DNA of 64,000 nt, from NCBI GenBank assembly GCA_022792135.1, contig JAAWAM010000015.1, forward strand, positions 4,537-68,536, in the 5' to 3' direction. A program made the position numbers and the translations under genes. The notes beneath the pieces are model-generated. The model was not told where the DNA came from. It made no database searches and saw nothing but the letters and a program-made list of their open reading frames with translations. The DNA comes from Clostridia bacterium (GTDB taxonomy: Bacteria; Bacillota; Clostridia; TANB77; CAG-508). Below are positions 1 to 9,825 of the stretch, piece by piece (the first letter of the stretch is position 1; the number at the start of each line of letters is the position of its first letter).

Positions 1-20
1 AAAGGAGGGGGAAAAAGAAA

Positions 21-296
21 ATGGCAGACAAAAAACAAAATAGAAGAAATAAAAACTATGATGAGGATTACAATCCAAGATTCAGAAAACAAAGAAAAAA
101 AGTATGTGTATTATGTAGTGATAAAAACTTCGAATTAGATTATAAAAATCCAGAACAATTAAGAAAATTCATCAATGACAAAGGAAAAATCTTACCAAGA
201 AGAACAACAGGAGCATGTAGCAAGCATCAAAGAGATATCACAACAGCAGTAAAAAGAGCAAGACACATTGCAATTTTACCATATTCACAAAACTAA
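21..296 (+). CDS. rpsR: 30S ribosomal protein S18
   Basis: [43 protein letters not shown] motif; AAGGAGG RBS. Confidence 0.97.
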   Translation: MADKKQNRRNKNYDEDYNPRFRKQRKKVCVLCSDKNFELDYKNPEQLRKFINDKGKILPRRTTGACSKHQRDITTAVKRARHIAILPYSQN

Positions 297-300
297 TAAA

Positions 301-337
301 AAATAAGGAAACATTGTCTTAATGTTTCCTTATTTTT
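301..337 (+). terminator. intrinsic terminator after rpsR
   Basis: AAATAAGGAAACATT-loop-AATGTTTCCTTATTT hairpin followed by T run. Confidence 0.8.
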
Positions 338-401
338 GAATAGAAAATGTTTACAATTGGGAATGCTTATGATATAATTTCTAAGAAACAAAACAAAAGA
401 G

Positions 402-1346
402 GTGGAAACTTTGAACCAAATATTAAGCGTTGAAAATCCAAAAAAAGAAAAGAAACAAAAAGTAAGAAATCATGGGACAATTGAAATTAACAAAATACTA
501 AAATTCTTTTCAATCGCCATATTTATTTTTGGAATCTTCATAATAGGAAGTGGTTCCTATTCTATGTATCAAGAAGCAGCAGCTACCAAAGTAGCAACGA
601 AACCAACCATTTATGTAGAGGAAACGTCAGAAACCGAAATAATCTTACAAATCAGTCACGACAAAGCAATTGAAAAAGTAATCTATCAATGGAACGAAGA
701 AGAACCAACTCAAATAGAAGGAAAGGGAAAGAAAAAAGTAGAACAAAAAATAGAGATACCAACAGGAGAAAATACGCTAAATGTATATGCAATAGATGTA
801 AATGGGCAAGAGATAACTTATCAAAAGAAATATACTCTATTAGGAGATATTAATATTAATTTAGAGGCCAATGGAAACAACATAAAAATTATAGCAGAAG
901 GTAAAGAAGAGCTCTCTTATATGACATATCGATGGGATGAGGAAGATGAGCAAACAATTGAAATAAACAATATACAGACTGAGCAAACAATTGAAATTCC
1001 AAAAGGATTACACACATTAACAGTAATAGTAGTAGATCGTAATCATAAAACGCAAACAAAGAAACAAGAAATAAAAGGTGTTACCAAACCAAAACTAGAA
1101 GTAAGCACAGATGGTGCTGATAACTTTATCATAAAGGCATCCGATGAAGAAGGGATCAAGAGAGTAGAATTCATCATCAATGAAACAGAAAGAAACAGTT
1201 TAGACTTAGATAAAGTATTACCACTAGAACAAAGAAAGGAATTTGAATATGCGTATCCATTACATGATGGGGAAAATAGACTAGAAATAAGAGTTTATAA
1301 CGAAAGTGATGTAAGCGAAGTATCTAAAGTATTAGTAAGAAAATAA
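402..1346 (+). CDS. membrane-anchored hypothetical protein with repeated beta-rich (Ig-like) modules
   Basis: one N-terminal TM helix, repeated YxW(N/D)EE..IEIPxG.(N/H)TL motifs. Confidence 0.7.
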   Translation: METLNQILSVENPKKEKKQKVRNHGTIEINKILKFFSIAIFIFGIFIIGSGSYSMYQEAAATKVATKPTIYVEETSETEIILQISHDKAIEKVIYQWNEEEPTQIEGKGKKKVEQKIEIPTGENTLNVYAIDVNGQEITYQKKYTLLGDININLEANGNNIKIIAEGKEELSYMTYRWDEEDEQTIEINNIQTEQTIEIPKGLHTLTVIVVDRNHKTQTKKQEIKGVTKPKLEVSTDGADNFIIKASDEEGIKRVEFIINETERNSLDLDKVLPLEQRKEFEYAYPLHDGENRLEIRVYNESDVSEVSKVLVRK

Positions 1347-1349
1347 AGG

Positions 1350-1385
1350 ATAACCTCTTACCATATTCTGTAAGAGGTTATTTTA
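1350..1385 (+). terminator. intrinsic terminator
   Basis: ATAACCTCTTAC...GTAAGAGGTTAT hairpin plus T tract. Confidence 0.7.
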
Positions 1386-1402
1386 TTTAAAAAGGGGAAG
1401 GT

Positions 1403-2200
1403 ATGGAAGAAAAATTATTTGAAATTGTAACCTATTTTATTATATATTCGTTTTTAGGATGGGTTATGGAATCCATTGTAAGAACAATAGCGGAAAAAAA
1501 GATTATTAATACAGGGTTCTTAAAAGGACCATTTTGTCCAATCTATGGAATTGGTGCTATCATCATTTTGTTGTTTTTAAATCAGTTTGAAAGCCAACCA
1601 ATTTTATTATTTTTCATTGCCATAATGGTATTAACAATATGGGAATATTTAGTAGGTGTATTGTTAGAAAAGATATTTCATACAAAATATTGGGACTACA
1701 CAGACCAAAAGTTTAACTTTCAAGGAAGAGTTTGCTTAGTTAATTCAATTTGTTGGGGGATATTGGGAGTTATATTTGTAAAATATATTCACCCATTCAT
1801 ACAAAATATAATTTCATTCATAGATGTAAAATTATTGCACTATGTGATGTCAATTATTATGTTAGTCTTAATAATTGACTTTATTACAACCGTTATTAAA
1901 GTAAAAAACATAAAAATGACATTAGAAAAAGTAGAAGAATTAAACAAAGAAATAAAGGAAAGATTAAAAGAAATTAAAAAACTATCAAAAGAAATGGAAA
2001 AAAACAAAGAGAAACTTACAACTGCTGAAAGTGTTCGAAAACTAGTTGAGAAATTAAAAAAGAAAAGAAACAGAACGATATTACATTTATACAAAAATGT
2101 ATATCGACTAAAAAAAGCTTTTCCAGCAATTAATACGAAGGAAATTACAGAAGTATTAAGTAAAAAAATAGAGATTAGAAAAAATAAGAAAAACACTTGA
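1403..2200 (+). CDS. putative ABC transporter permease (CmpB/DUF1113-like) membrane protein
   Basis: YSFLGW, GFLKGPFCPIYG, WDY..KFNFQGRVCL motifs; C-terminal coiled coil. Confidence 0.8.
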   Translation: MEEKLFEIVTYFIIYSFLGWVMESIVRTIAEKKIINTGFLKGPFCPIYGIGAIIILLFLNQFESQPILLFFIAIMVLTIWEYLVGVLLEKIFHTKYWDYTDQKFNFQGRVCLVNSICWGILGVIFVKYIHPFIQNIISFIDVKLLHYVMSIIMLVLIIDFITTVIKVKNIKMTLEKVEELNKEIKERLKEIKKLSKEMEKNKEKLTTAESVRKLVEKLKKKRNRTILHLYKNVYRLKKAFPAINTKEITEVLSKKIEIRKNKKNT

Positions 2201-2257
2201 AAAAGAAACTAGTATTTGTATATAATAAATTTGAAATAAAAACAAAGGAGCAAACAT

Positions 2258-3181
2258 ATGGTACAAGAGATATATATCATAGATGATGATGATTCTTCCA
2301 TTATGATATTTAGAGAATTATTTAAAAATGATCCAGAATATAAATTTATCAGTGTCAAAACCGAACAAATCGATATTGCCTTAAAAAATATTCCTTCACT
2401 TATTGTAATCAATGAGGATGCAATCGATAGGAACGTAATTGACTTATGTAGAAAAATTAGAAAAGACGAAGACAATACCATAACACCAGTTATTATTGTA
2501 TCTTCTAAAAGTGATAGGGAACACAGAGTTAAAATTTTACAAGAATCTGTAGAGTATTTTATCAAAAAGCCAGTAGATGAGAAATATTTATATTATACGG
2601 TTAAAAATCTAAATAGATTATTGGCCAGTAACAGAAGAGTGAGTCCATTAACAGGGCTACCAGGAAATGTTCAGATACATGCAGAATTAAAGAAAAGAAT
2701 TTTACACCAAGAACCATTTTCAGTATTGTACTTAGATTTAGACAATTTTAAAGCATATAATGATGTATATGGTTTTTTAAAAGGAGACCAAATTATAGAA
2801 TTTACAGCAGAAACAATTATCAATTCCATTCATACAGATGAATTGGACAACACATTTATAGGTCATATTGGTGGGGATGACTTTGTTGCAATTATACCAG
2901 GCACAAATTGTGAAAAATTATGTCAGAATATACTATCATATTTTGATGCAAAAGTAGCCAGATATTTTACAGAACAAGATTTAGAAAAAGGATACATAGA
3001 AGTGGCTAATCGAAAAGGAATTATTGAACAATTTCCATTAACTTCTTTATCAATCGGAGTTGTAGTCGCAGATGTTGGAAGATTTCATAACATATTAGAA
3101 ATAGGAGAAATTGGAGCACAAGTAAAGCACGCTGCTAAATCGGTCATGGGAAGTAGTTATGCAGTAGATAGAAGAAAATAA
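2258..3181 (+). CDS. receiver-like domain plus diguanylate cyclase
   Basis: LTGLPGN, DLDNFKAYNDVYG, GHIGGDDF motifs; N-terminal REC-like fold. Confidence 0.85.
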   Translation: MVQEIYIIDDDDSSIMIFRELFKNDPEYKFISVKTEQIDIALKNIPSLIVINEDAIDRNVIDLCRKIRKDEDNTITPVIIVSSKSDREHRVKILQESVEYFIKKPVDEKYLYYTVKNLNRLLASNRRVSPLTGLPGNVQIHAELKKRILHQEPFSVLYLDLDNFKAYNDVYGFLKGDQIIEFTAETIINSIHTDELDNTFIGHIGGDDFVAIIPGTNCEKLCQNILSYFDAKVARYFTEQDLEKGYIEVANRKGIIEQFPLTSLSIGVVVADVGRFHNILEIGEIGAQVKHAAKSVMGSSYAVDRRK

Positions 3182-3500
3182 TAAGAAGAAAAGAAACTTT
3201 AGTTAAAAAGACTAAAGTTTTTTTGAAATAATTTTACAATTTACAAATTTCGACACATAAACAGGAAAAATTATGATAAAATATAACAAATTTAGATTAC
3301 TGCAGTAATTCAAATGTTAGAATCAAATTATTTTATTTCGTTTTAATCCATATTAAAATTTAGAATATGAAAAATTTAGTCAAAAATAGTAAGAAAATAA
3401 ATGAAAATATTACATTACTAATCAGTAAAATTTTATTCATGAAATACACCAAAATAATTGAAAAATAGAAACTAAAATGATATAATAAGGAGGAAATTAT

Positions 3501-4439
3501 ATGGCAAGCAAATTACCATTAACATCAGACTATGTTTTTAAAAGAATATTTGGACAAGAGGAAAATAAAGAAGCATTAAAAGACTTTTTAGAAAGTGTCC
3601 TTAAAACAACAATAAAAAATATAACAATTAATAATCCAGAAATACCAAAGAATTTTTATGATAGTAAGTATGGCGTATTGGATTTAAAAGTAACACTAGA
3701 TAACAAAATGATTGTAAATGTAGAAATGCAATTACAAAATCAATATAATATCGAACAAAGAACAACCTATTATATGGCAAGCACTTATCAACAACAATTA
3801 GGAGAAGGCGATCCATATACAAATTGTAAAAAAGTAATTGTAATTGATATCTTAAACTTTAATTATTATAAAAGAAATAGCTATCATTCAGTAGCAAGAA
3901 TGATATTTGAAGAAACAGAAGAAAATGCCAAAATCGATATGGGCTATGAAAAGGAAGACAAATATGCAACTAAATATGTAGAAATACACGTAATAGAATT
4001 ACCAAAGTTTAAAAAGAGAAATCCAGACATACATACAAAACTAGAACAATGGTTATGGTTATTTATTGGGGGTGAGGAAAAAGTGAAAAAAGCAAGTAAG
4101 GTAAATAAAGAAATTGAAAAAATCAATAAAAAATTAGCATCTATGAGTCTAAGTAGAGAAGAGAGGAACAACTATGAATTTAGAAAGAAAGCAATTTTAG
4201 ATGAGATATCAGCTATTGACTATGCAACTAAAAAAGGATTACAGCGTGGCTTAGAGCAAGGATTGGAACAAGGCTTAGAGCAGGGAATTAAGAAAGGAAT
4301 AGAGAAGGGAATAGAGCAAGGGAGAAAAGAAGAAAAAATAAAACTAGTAAAGGAAATGTTAAAAAATAAAATCAGTATAGAGCAGATTGCTAGAATTACA
4401 AAATTGACACAAGAAGAAATTAATAAAATAAAGGAATAA
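3501..4439 (+). CDS. Rpn family recombination-promoting nuclease / PD-(D/E)XK putative transposase
   Basis: DYVFKRIFG, LDLK..NVEMQ, IELPKF and C-terminal GLEQ repeats. Confidence 0.88.
   Translation: MASKLPLTSDYVFKRIFGQEENKEALKDFLESVLKTTIKNITINNPEIPKNFYDSKYGVLDLKVTLDNKMIVNVEMQLQNQYNIEQRTTYYMASTYQQQLGEGDPYTNCKKVIVIDILNFNYYKRNSYHSVARMIFEETEENAKIDMGYEKEDKYATKYVEIHVIELPKFKKRNPDIHTKLEQWLWLFIGGEEKVKKASKVNKEIEKINKKLASMSLSREERNNYEFRKKAILDEISAIDYATKKGLQRGLEQGLEQGLEQGIKKGIEKGIEQGRKEEKIKLVKEMLKNKISIEQIARITKLTQEEINKIKE
4248..4322 (+). repeat. 12-bp coding tandem repeats (GLEQ/GIEK) in the Rpn C-terminus
   Basis: GGCTTAGAGCAA GGATTGGAACAA GGCTTAGAGCAG ... Confidence 0.8.
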
Positions 4440-4494
4440 AAATAAAAACTCTTAATATAAATAGTAGTAATCATATTTATATAGGAGTTTTTTT

Positions 4495-4682
4495 ATGTTA
4501 GTGATGAATCAAAAAAGAATAAAAATAATGTTAACTTGTATATTAATCGCGTTATTTGCGTTTTCTCTACAGATAACAAATGAAAATCCTTCCATAAACA
4601 ATAGAAAGGAAACAGTACAAACGACTGCTACACCTGTTTCAGGAAAAACAGTGGTATTAGATGCAGGGCATGGAATACCAGA
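4495..4682 (+). CDS. cwlD: N-acetylmuramoyl-L-alanine amidase CwlD, 5' part (interrupted by an element)
   Basis: N-terminal TM then KTVVLDAGHGIP Amidase_3 motif, which breaks at TACCAGA; continues at 11379. Confidence 0.85.
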
Positions 4683-4886
4683 GAAAGGGAGTTGCTTATT
4701 AACCCCAATAAAATAATAACTGATCTTATACAGTTCAAAGGAAGTGTTTAGGCACTTTCTTTTTTGAATTATGAGTATATAAAATGGGTTCGCCTTTTAG
4801 AAATTAAAGTTATATAATTATGTTATAAATTAATTTATTATAATTAAAGTTAACTTTAAAATAATTTTTGATTGGAGTTGGTATAT

Positions 4887-5165
4887 ATGAGAACACTTGG
4901 TAAATATGGAATAAAGGTTAAAAGGAATATGGAAGAAAATTATCAATCTAGATTTCAAGAATTGGTAAATAGAGGAATAATAATGGACAAATTGTTAAAA
5001 AGAGAAAATGAAATAATTGATAAAAAACATAAGATAGAAAAACAATTAAAAGAAAGATATACGAAACCAGTAACAAACGAATTTATTGTTTTTGCAAGAT
5101 ATAATCAAATGATAGAAGAAATGACAGAAGAATTACTGAAAGAGGAAATAGAAGAAAAAATATAA
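4887..5165 (+). CDS. TnpV-like transposon-encoded protein
   Basis: LGKYG..K.R..ENY..F.EL...G motif, about 92 aa, located in a recombinase element. Confidence 0.65.
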   Translation: MRTLGKYGIKVKRNMEENYQSRFQELVNRGIIMDKLLKRENEIIDKKHKIEKQLKERYTKPVTNEFIVFARYNQMIEEMTEELLKEEIEEKI

Positions 5166-5465
5166 TAAAAGCTATAAGTCTTACAGAATAAGAAAACACA
5201 AGGAATTCCCTAATTAGGGAAAAATAAAGAACAATGAATAAAAAATTTTGGATACATAAGCATAATACTGTTTAGCAAGATTCCCCTTTGTAGACACAAA
5301 TAGTTCTTGCAGATTTATGGGAAAAATCCCAAACCCTTTATAATTTATTTATAAAAAATTGGAGAAAATAAAATATTGAAATAATAATTTATTTTTTTGA
5401 CTTTCTATGATAGAATTATATAAAAATAAAAAATAGAAATAAATCAGTTGAGAGGAAAAGAAAGT

Positions 5466-6518
5466 ATGAAATTTATCGGAGAAAAATTAGAAGGAAAAGA
5501 ATATGAAGAAAGGAGAACATCGTATGGTTTAATATTTAATGAAAAAGGAGAAATCGCAGTTGCCTATATAAAAAAGTATAATATGTATAATTTAATTGGT
5601 GGAAGAATTGAAGGACAAGAAACCTCTAAACAAGCATTAATTAGAGAGACACAAGAGGAAATAGGATATTCTTTAAAAGATATTGAATATATTGATAATT
5701 TAGGATGTTATTATTATTTTGATATTATGGATAAATATGAATTAGGAATTATGGATTTTTATAAAGCTAAATTAGATGAAAGGATTTGTAATCCCATAGA
5801 AGAAGATCACCAATTAACATGGGTAAAACCAGAAGAAATTGTTGATAAAATGTATTTTGAATATCATAGATACATTATAAATAAATATATAGAACAATTA
5901 AAAGAATTAGAGCAATATAGAAATAATAATTTAAAAATATATTATAAATTGCAAGATAAAAAAATAATAGCAGATATAGAAAAAGCAACGATAGAAGGAT
6001 ATAATAAGGCAATAGAATATTTTGATATACATAATTGTACTAAAGAGATAATCATATATGTATATAATAGTATAGAAGAACTACATTTAGATGTATTTGG
6101 TGTAAAAAAGGAAGAGTGGGAAGTATCTTGTGGAGAGGATAATCTTGTAAAAGTAGTAACACCAGCTAATTCGGGAAAAGTACATGATTACAATACTATA
6201 TTGGAGATAATAAGTAAATCTGTAGCAGATATAATATTACATGATAATTTTAAAAATATACCAAAGTGGCTTGATATAACAACATATATAACAGGTTTAA
6301 GTACAGAAACTAATACATACAGTAAACCAAGTATAATGAGATTGAAATGTAATAATTATTTTAATTATAGTGACTGCTATTTTATAACTAGATATATTGT
6401 AGAAACATTTGGAAAAGATACAGTATTAGAAATTTTGAAAAATCCAAGTAAATATAATGAAATATTAAAATTATCAGATGAGCAAATTGATAAAAAGTTA
6501 GAAGAATATTATGGTTAA
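5466..6518 (+). CDS. NUDIX hydrolase fused to a peptidase-MA-like (probably inactive) domain
   Basis: Nudix box GGRIEGQETSKQALIRETQEEIG; C-terminal half ends YIVETFGKDTVLEILKNP but lacks HExxH. Confidence 0.75.
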   Translation: MKFIGEKLEGKEYEERRTSYGLIFNEKGEIAVAYIKKYNMYNLIGGRIEGQETSKQALIRETQEEIGYSLKDIEYIDNLGCYYYFDIMDKYELGIMDFYKAKLDERICNPIEEDHQLTWVKPEEIVDKMYFEYHRYIINKYIEQLKELEQYRNNNLKIYYKLQDKKIIADIEKATIEGYNKAIEYFDIHNCTKEIIIYVYNSIEELHLDVFGVKKEEWEVSCGEDNLVKVVTPANSGKVHDYNTILEIISKSVADIILHDNFKNIPKWLDITTYITGLSTETNTYSKPSIMRLKCNNYFNYSDCYFITRYIVETFGKDTVLEILKNPSKYNEILKLSDEQIDKKLEEYYG

Positions 6519-6700
6519 TTTTATATAAAAAAGAAGTTAAGGTTAAAAATTATATGAACCTTGACTTATTTTTATAAGAAAATGAACATATAAAATTTAT
6601 TCTAAGCTATAAAAAGAATTTCTAAAAAATCAAAAATCCTATTGACTTTCTAGAACATTTGTTTTATTATATATACATAATTTGATTGGAGATGATAAAA

Positions 6701-7065
6701 ATGAAATATAGTTATAATAAATTAGTAAGAGATAAAATACCTGAAAATATTAATTCAATAAAAGGAAAAAAATGTAATTATAAAATATTAAATGACAAAG
6801 AATATTTACAAGAATTAGATAAAAAAATATTTGAGGAAGCTCATGAATTTATAGAAGAACATTCTACCCAAGAATTAGCAGATCTAATGGAAGTTATTTT
6901 TGCTATAAAAATATATCAATGGAAGATGTAGAAAATGCTAGAAAGATTAAAAATAGCAAAAAAGGATCTTTTAATGATAAAGTTTATTTAATTGATGTTG
7001 AACAAGAAAATATTGACGAAAGAGAAGAAATTGAAATGAAAAAAGAGTGGAGGAAAAGTACCTAA
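6701..7065 (+). pseudogene. MazG-like / phosphoribosyl-ATP pyrophosphohydrolase-like gene, frameshifted
   Basis: YNKLVRDKIPE..EEAHEF..ELADLMEVI, then the natural C-terminus (NISMEDVENARKIK..KKGSF) lies in the -1 frame from about 6910; no CGG at this site. Confidence 0.7.
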
Positions 7066-7068
7066 AAG

Positions 7069-7563
7069 ATGTTGAATTATGTTATAGAAAAAGTTAATAA
7101 CTATATAAATAGAAAAGATTTCAGAAGATTTTTTGATTGGTTTATTTATAAATTTGATTTAAACGATAAATCTGAAAAATTAGAGAAAAATAGAAAAAAT
7201 AATTTACACCCAATAAGACCAAGAAAGGGCGAAATATATTTAATAGAATTTGGTCAAAATGTAGGAAAAGAATTATGTAATACACATATGGGGATTATTA
7301 TGCAAGATTCTTATAAAAATAGTATTTCAAGTACAGTAGTTGTAATTCCCATTTCAAGTTCTCCTAAATTATATGATACTCATGAGAAAATTTTAGAAAC
7401 AGATTTAGAAGAAGGAAAATTAAATAAATTACCATCAAAAGCAAAAGTAGAGCAAATCACTTGCATAGATAAATCACGATTGATACATAAAATAGGAAAA
7501 ATGAATCCTAAATTCATAGAAAGGCTAGAAAAAAGGATTTTAAAAAATCTTGACATTACTTGA
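7069..7563 (+). CDS. PemK/MazF family toxin
   Basis: RKGEIYLIEFGQNVGKE, VVVIPISS, EQITCIDKSRLIHKIG motifs. Confidence 0.85.
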   Translation: MLNYVIEKVNNYINRKDFRRFFDWFIYKFDLNDKSEKLEKNRKNNLHPIRPRKGEIYLIEFGQNVGKELCNTHMGIIMQDSYKNSISSTVVVIPISSSPKLYDTHEKILETDLEEGKLNKLPSKAKVEQITCIDKSRLIHKIGKMNPKFIERLEKRILKNLDIT

Positions 7564-7577
7564 ATTTATGGTATAAT
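7550..7577 (+). promoter_or_regulatory. sigma-A promoter overlapping the toxin 3' end
   Basis: TTGACA-16 nt-TATAAT with extended TG. Confidence 0.7.
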
Positions 7578-7583
7578 TAAATT

Positions 7584-7673
7584 AATAAATATTTTCCACA
7601 CAAGGTGGAACTTACTTATATAGAAATATATAAGGTTGATTTAAGAGTAAAGATTCAAAACTTTACTCTTTTT
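7584..7673 (+). ncRNA. candidate small RNA downstream of the PemK toxin
   Basis: promoter, two hairpins (7594-7610, 7615-7634), terminator 7643-7673, no ORF. Confidence 0.5.
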
Positions 7674-8009
7674 GCATATATTTTTTAAAACTACATATTT
7701 TATATAATATAGATTAATCTAATTTGAGATTTTAGATCTCACATATGTATGAGTATCTCATATAGTTTTAAAAGGGAAGTATCTTTTGATTTTTTAAGAT
7801 ACTTCCCTTTTATATTGTCCAAATAAAAAATATAAAAAATTTTAATTTTTTTGGGAAATTTGACAATTTCATTTCGCCCATTCTAATAGAGACAAAAAAT
7901 CTCTAAGAAATTAGAACTGAATAACAACAATTACAAGACTTTATCTAATATAGGTAAATTAGTAATATTTTTTTAAACACATTAATATTTTTAATTGGGA
8001 GTGAATGAA

Positions 8010-8160
8010 ATGGAACAAGTAAAAGAAATCTATACCATAGAAGGTAAAGATTATACAGTCATAACTCGGAGTAAAAGAAAAAGCTAATAGCGAAGAAATA
8101 TACAATATTTTAGTTAGATATGCACTAGAAAAAATTGATGAATATTTAGAGCAAAAATAA
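8010..8160 (+). CDS. small (about 49 aa) element protein, candidate directionality factor, needing +1 at CGG 8067
   Basis: GGGAG RBS; MEQVKEIYTIEGKDYTVIT then ACT-C-GGA; +1 frame continues GVKEKANSEEIYNILVRYALEKIDEYLEQK*. Confidence 0.5.
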
Positions 8161-8256
8161 CAACTATATATGTGGGTTCGCCTTTTATATAACTTTTTTG
8201 TATAATCAATATAACTGTTTAAGATTAGTTGTTATTCAGGAAGGAGGACAACTAAT

Positions 8257-9825
8257 ATGCAATATGCTAAATACCACGTTGCAGGATATTTAAGATTATC
8301 AAGAGAGGATGGCGATAAAGAAGAAAGCGATAGTATAGGAAGTCAAAGAAGTATTATCATTCGTAAATTAGAAGAATTAGGAGAAGAGTACAAGTTAATA
8401 GATTTTTATATTGATGATGGATATACAGGATTAAATACGAATAGACCCGCATTTCAAAAAATGATTGAAGATGTTGAAAAAGGCTATATTAATTCAATTA
8501 TTACAAAAGATTTATCACGATTATCAAGGAATAGCTTTGAAGCAAATTACTACATAGAAAAATACTTTTTAGAAAATAATATTAGATACATATCAATACT
8601 AGACAATGTAGATACTTATGTTAAAAATTCTAATAATGATATGATACAATTTAAAACTTTAATAAATGATTGGTATAGTAAGGATATATCAAAAAAGGTT
8701 AGAAGTGGAGTGTGGGCAAGAAAAGAAAAAGGATTGTTTTTAGGTTCTCTTGCTCCCTATGGTTATATAAAAAATCCAAAAGATAAAAATCATCTTATCG
8801 TTGAACCTGAAAGAGCGAGTATCATAAAAAGAATTTTTACAATGTATGATAATGGAATAATCTTAAGTCAGATTGCCCAAAAATTAAAAGAAGAAAAAGT
8901 TTTTTGTCCTGGATATTATGATTATGGAGGTTCACGAAGTGGAGATGATTATAAATGGAGACCAGAGGCTATCAAAAGAATTTTACAAAATAAATTTTAT
9001 ATAGGACATACTGAATATGGTAAAAAACTAAATTTAAGTTATAAATCTAAAAAAGTAAAATTGATACCTAGACAGGAATGGAAACTAGCTGAAAACACTC
9101 ATGAACCAATTATTGATAAAGAACTTTTTGATAGGGTACAAAACAAACTAAATTTGAATAAAAAAACAAAACATAAAAAGTTTAATTGGATGTTAAATGG
9201 ACTGGTATTTTGCAAAGAATGTGGCAGTAAAATGGTATTGAAAGTTAAAAGAAATAAACATGGAGAAATAACCAGTAAAATTATAGTATGTGTAAATTCG
9301 ATGAAAAGTAAAAAAGATATAGAATGTGAAAGGAAAAGTAAATCTATAAAAGAAGAAGTATTAAAAGATGTGGTAGTCCAAAGTATTAATAAAAAGATAA
9401 AAAGCATTATCAATCATGATAAACTTGAAGAAATAACAATGTTAGAATATAAAAATATGACAACAAGAGTATTAGATAAAGAAATTGAAACAATTGAACA
9501 AAAAATAGCTAAAATAGAAAGAGCCATAAATTCTTTATATGAAGATTATACAAATAGTTTAATTGAGGAAGAAGATTACAGAAGATTTTATAAAAGTAAT
9601 GTTGAAAGAAGAAATATATTAAAATCAGAAAAAAATAGTTTGTGTAAACAAAGAGAAGAAAAGCCTAGTATTACAAAAAATGAATTATTATTAATCATTT
9701 CAAAATTATCAAATATTGAAGAATGGACATCAGAAAAATTATCTGAACTTATATATAACATAGAAATAGACAAGGAAAATAACATATATATAAATTACAG
9801 ATATGATGTAATAGGTAAATTATAA
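8257..9825 (+). CDS. large serine recombinase (resolvase + recombinase + Zn ribbon)
   Basis: YLRLSRED catalytic motif, DDGYTG, KDLSRLSR, CKECGSKM, HEPIIDKELF. Confidence 0.95.
   Translation: MQYAKYHVAGYLRLSREDGDKEESDSIGSQRSIIIRKLEELGEEYKLIDFYIDDGYTGLNTNRPAFQKMIEDVEKGYINSIITKDLSRLSRNSFEANYYIEKYFLENNIRYISILDNVDTYVKNSNNDMIQFKTLINDWYSKDISKKVRSGVWARKEKGLFLGSLAPYGYIKNPKDKNHLIVEPERASIIKRIFTMYDNGIILSQIAQKLKEEKVFCPGYYDYGGSRSGDDYKWRPEAIKRILQNKFYIGHTEYGKKLNLSYKSKKVKLIPRQEWKLAENTHEPIIDKELFDRVQNKLNLNKKTKHKKFNWMLNGLVFCKECGSKMVLKVKRNKHGEITSKIIVCVNSMKSKKDIECERKSKSIKEEVLKDVVVQSINKKIKSIINHDKLEEITMLEYKNMTTRVLDKEIETIEQKIAKIERAINSLYEDYTNSLIEEEDYRRFYKSNVERRNILKSEKNSLCKQREEKPSITKNELLLIISKLSNIEEWTSEKLSELIYNIEIDKENNIYINYRYDVIGKL

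Noticed and set aside
4248-4322. Tandem repeats as a CRISPR array
   Set aside because: 12-bp coding repeats without spacers; I saw no CRISPR array or cas gene in the window.
5170-5340. Short hairpins downstream of the TnpV-like gene as an oriT
   Set aside because: No relaxase in the element and no nic consensus I can match with confidence.
6900-6931. MazG-like frameshift as another CGG recoding site
   Set aside because: It is a -1 shift with apparently missing residues and no CGG; treated as decay.
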